From Jimgerdemannia flammicorona (lineage: Eukaryota), in assembly GCA_003990765.1 (NCBI GenBank), contig RBNJ01000239.1, forward strand, positions 1-35,793: a stretch of DNA of 35,793 nucleotides. Reading direction: 5' to 3'. Numbering within the stretch: position 1 is the first letter of the stretch; each line of letters starts with the position of its first letter. A model generated the notes under the pieces. The model saw only the letters and a program-made list of their open reading frames with translations, was not told where the DNA came from and made no database searches. The translations under genes were made by a program, and so were the position numbers. Below are positions 34,037 through 35,793 of this stretch, piece by piece.

Positions 34037-34107
34037 AACACTAAATGGCGCGAGTAACTCTTAAAACAATTAAAATACAAAGAAGTCCAACCGAAAGCCC
34101 CCGCAGA

Positions 34108-34497
34108 CTACGCTGGCCAATAAAGGGCGATATAAGACAAGCGCTCGCCGACCGACGTGTCCCACAGGCCATCCTTTTGATCCTTCCTTTCCGCCTCGGG
34201 CGGGACCATAGTGAGGCTGTCGGCCTCTCCGCCTCCATCGCGCCGCTTCAAGCCGAGCCAGTTCGTCTTAGAGTGCATACTGCCGGTCGGATTCTCGTTC
34301 GTGTCGAGTCGCTTCCACGACTTGTCCGCATGACGGGGACACCATAGGGACCTCCAGGCACGTTGGAGACCGTTGTGCACGGCGAATTGCGGCGGAAGGG
34401 CGCAGGATTCTTCCGTCTTGACGCGAGTGGTCGATTCGCGTGAGGGTTGGGCCGCGGGAGAGGTTTTGCGGTTGCGGAGGGTCAGGGTGGAAGACAT
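34108..34497 (-). CDS. Possible small hypothetical protein or first exon
   Basis: 129-aa ORF in CpG-rich DNA, ATG in CCAAATGT context, TATA-like TATAAGTATAA about 50 nt upstream. No recognisable domain. Confidence 0.3.
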   Translation of the reverse strand: MSSTLTLRNRKTSPAAQPSRESTTRVKTEESCALPPQFAVHNGLQRAWRSLWCPRHADKSWKRLDTNENPTGSMHSKTNWLGLKRRDGGGEADSLTMVPPEAERKDQKDGLWDTSVGERLSYIALYWPA

Positions 34498-35056
34498 TTG
34501 GGGTGTGGCTGTTTGTTAGAAGAGATTCTAGGATTCTGTGGGGCCTTGTTATACTTATAGGGACAAACAACAATTATTTCAAATGCTGATTGGAAAGTGG
34601 ACTACCAACCTGCGGGGTAGTGACAATAATGCGGGGAGGGTAATTCTTGGACTACGACTCCGCCCGATCAATCATGCTTGACAAATCTGCACGCCTCCAA
34701 ATATGGGGCACTAGAGATTCGGGAAAGAGGGCAGTTCCTAGTTTCTCAGACGCCGACTTCCAAAAGAAGTGTTCGCTCATCAATGGTATTCATCTCTACC
34801 AACTTTTTGTATTCAATTATATATTACACGTTTTTCGCATGTGGGAAAACATGCAGTCTATCAATTTCTCTAATTATCTATATCCGTTCGCTCCCATAAA
34901 CGCGCTCCTCCTCCTCCCTCCTATGCGCGTCGCCTCCGCCTTTGCCACACTCTGGCTGAAAAAATCTTCTTCCTTCCCTCCTCTTCCCTCTGCAATTCCC
35001 ACTCCCGTTCCACGTTCGCTTCATACTCTCGTTCTATCTCCGCCTCTCAGTTCTGC

Positions 35057-35702
35057 TCACCCCTTCCGACATCCCACCCGACCTCCTCCTCCCCCATTTC
35101 CCTCATTATACTGCGCCTCTTCCCGTGCCTCCTCTCGCACCTCCTCCCGTGCCTCCTCCCGTGCCTCTTCTCGCGCCTCCTTCCGCCCCTCTTCCCACAC
35201 CTCCTCCAGTTTCGGCTCCGTCAACCCTTTTCGCATCCTCTCCAATACGTGATGACCCGGCACCAGCGGCGTCCCAAACACGCCGCCCGCGCCATCCGCG
35301 CCGCTCATCTCGGCGAAGACGCACACAGCGCCCGGCGTGTCGCCGTGGTCGAGCAGGGCCGTGACGAGGAAGCGGAGGGTACGCTGGTTGGGTCGGATGC
35401 TGAGACGCTTCATGGCCGCATAGAAATGGTGGAGAGTTCCGGCGGGGTCCGGGTGCGAGGAGAAGGTGGAGGATTGTTCATTTTGGACACCTGACTTCTC
35501 TCGCGGCACCTCGTCTCGCGCCGCCCCGTTCTCTGACACGTCCACGAACCCAGCAAAGACCATATTGAATATGCTGACGTTTAGCCTCCTCCCTTCCCTC
35601 ATCAACTCCTCCACCATTTCCACCGCCCTCCCAATCTGCCCGTTCCTCATCAGCGCCTCGACAAACACCTGGTATGTCACCATGTTCGCCCGCGGGACCC
35701 TC

Positions 35703-35793
<91 letters not shown>
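35057..35793 (-). CDS. Pentatricopeptide repeat (PPR) protein, 3' part (5' end beyond window)
   Basis: ANMVTYQVFVEALMRNGQIGRAVEMVEELMREGRRLNVSIFN and MKRLSIRPNQRTLRFLVTALLDHGDTPGAVCVFAEM match the 35-aa PPR pattern. The C-terminus has EEAR repeats. Confidence 0.85.
35704..35793. repeat. Poly(C) homopolymer, probably an assembly or sequencing artefact
   Basis: At least 90 C within the PPR reading frame. Confidence 0.7.

Noticed and set aside
34647..35252. 201-aa plus-strand ORF with SSRA repeats
   Set aside because: It has a non-ATG start and is antisense to the PPR C-terminal EEAR repeats and 3' UTR.
35704..35793. Poly-glycine insertion or G-quadruplex in the PPR gene
   Set aside because: A pure homopolymer of at least 90 nt is more likely an artefact and needs raw-read support.

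Overview
This is eukaryotic, most likely fungal, DNA. An early-diverging (Mucoromycota-like) origin is only an inference from the element types. Bases 1-33,930 are a deeply nested, transition-hypermutated transposon cluster. It holds several Ty3/Gypsy LTR retrotransposons: two near-complete minus-strand copies (11908-18540 and 20566-33184) plus partial elements. It also holds three L1/Tx1-like LINE insertions (one full-length at 24879-30765), five hAT-type foldback MITEs, a solo LTR, and a short non-autonomous LTR element whose two LTRs are now about 22 kb apart. After a ~100-nt poly(A) run the sequence switches abruptly to CpG-rich genic DNA with a possible small gene and the 3' part of a pentatricopeptide-repeat gene. 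The most interesting signal is the Gypsy lineage's virus-like polycistronic layout: gag(CCHC, AT-hook)-protease-Cys/His finger-dUTPase-RT-RNaseH in one ORF, then integrase in a SEPARATE ORF overlapping the RNaseH stop, then a conserved non-membrane accessory ORF in the env position. Homologues of that accessory ORF are recognisable in four elements of the window. All alignments and counts were done by eye; no database search was run.
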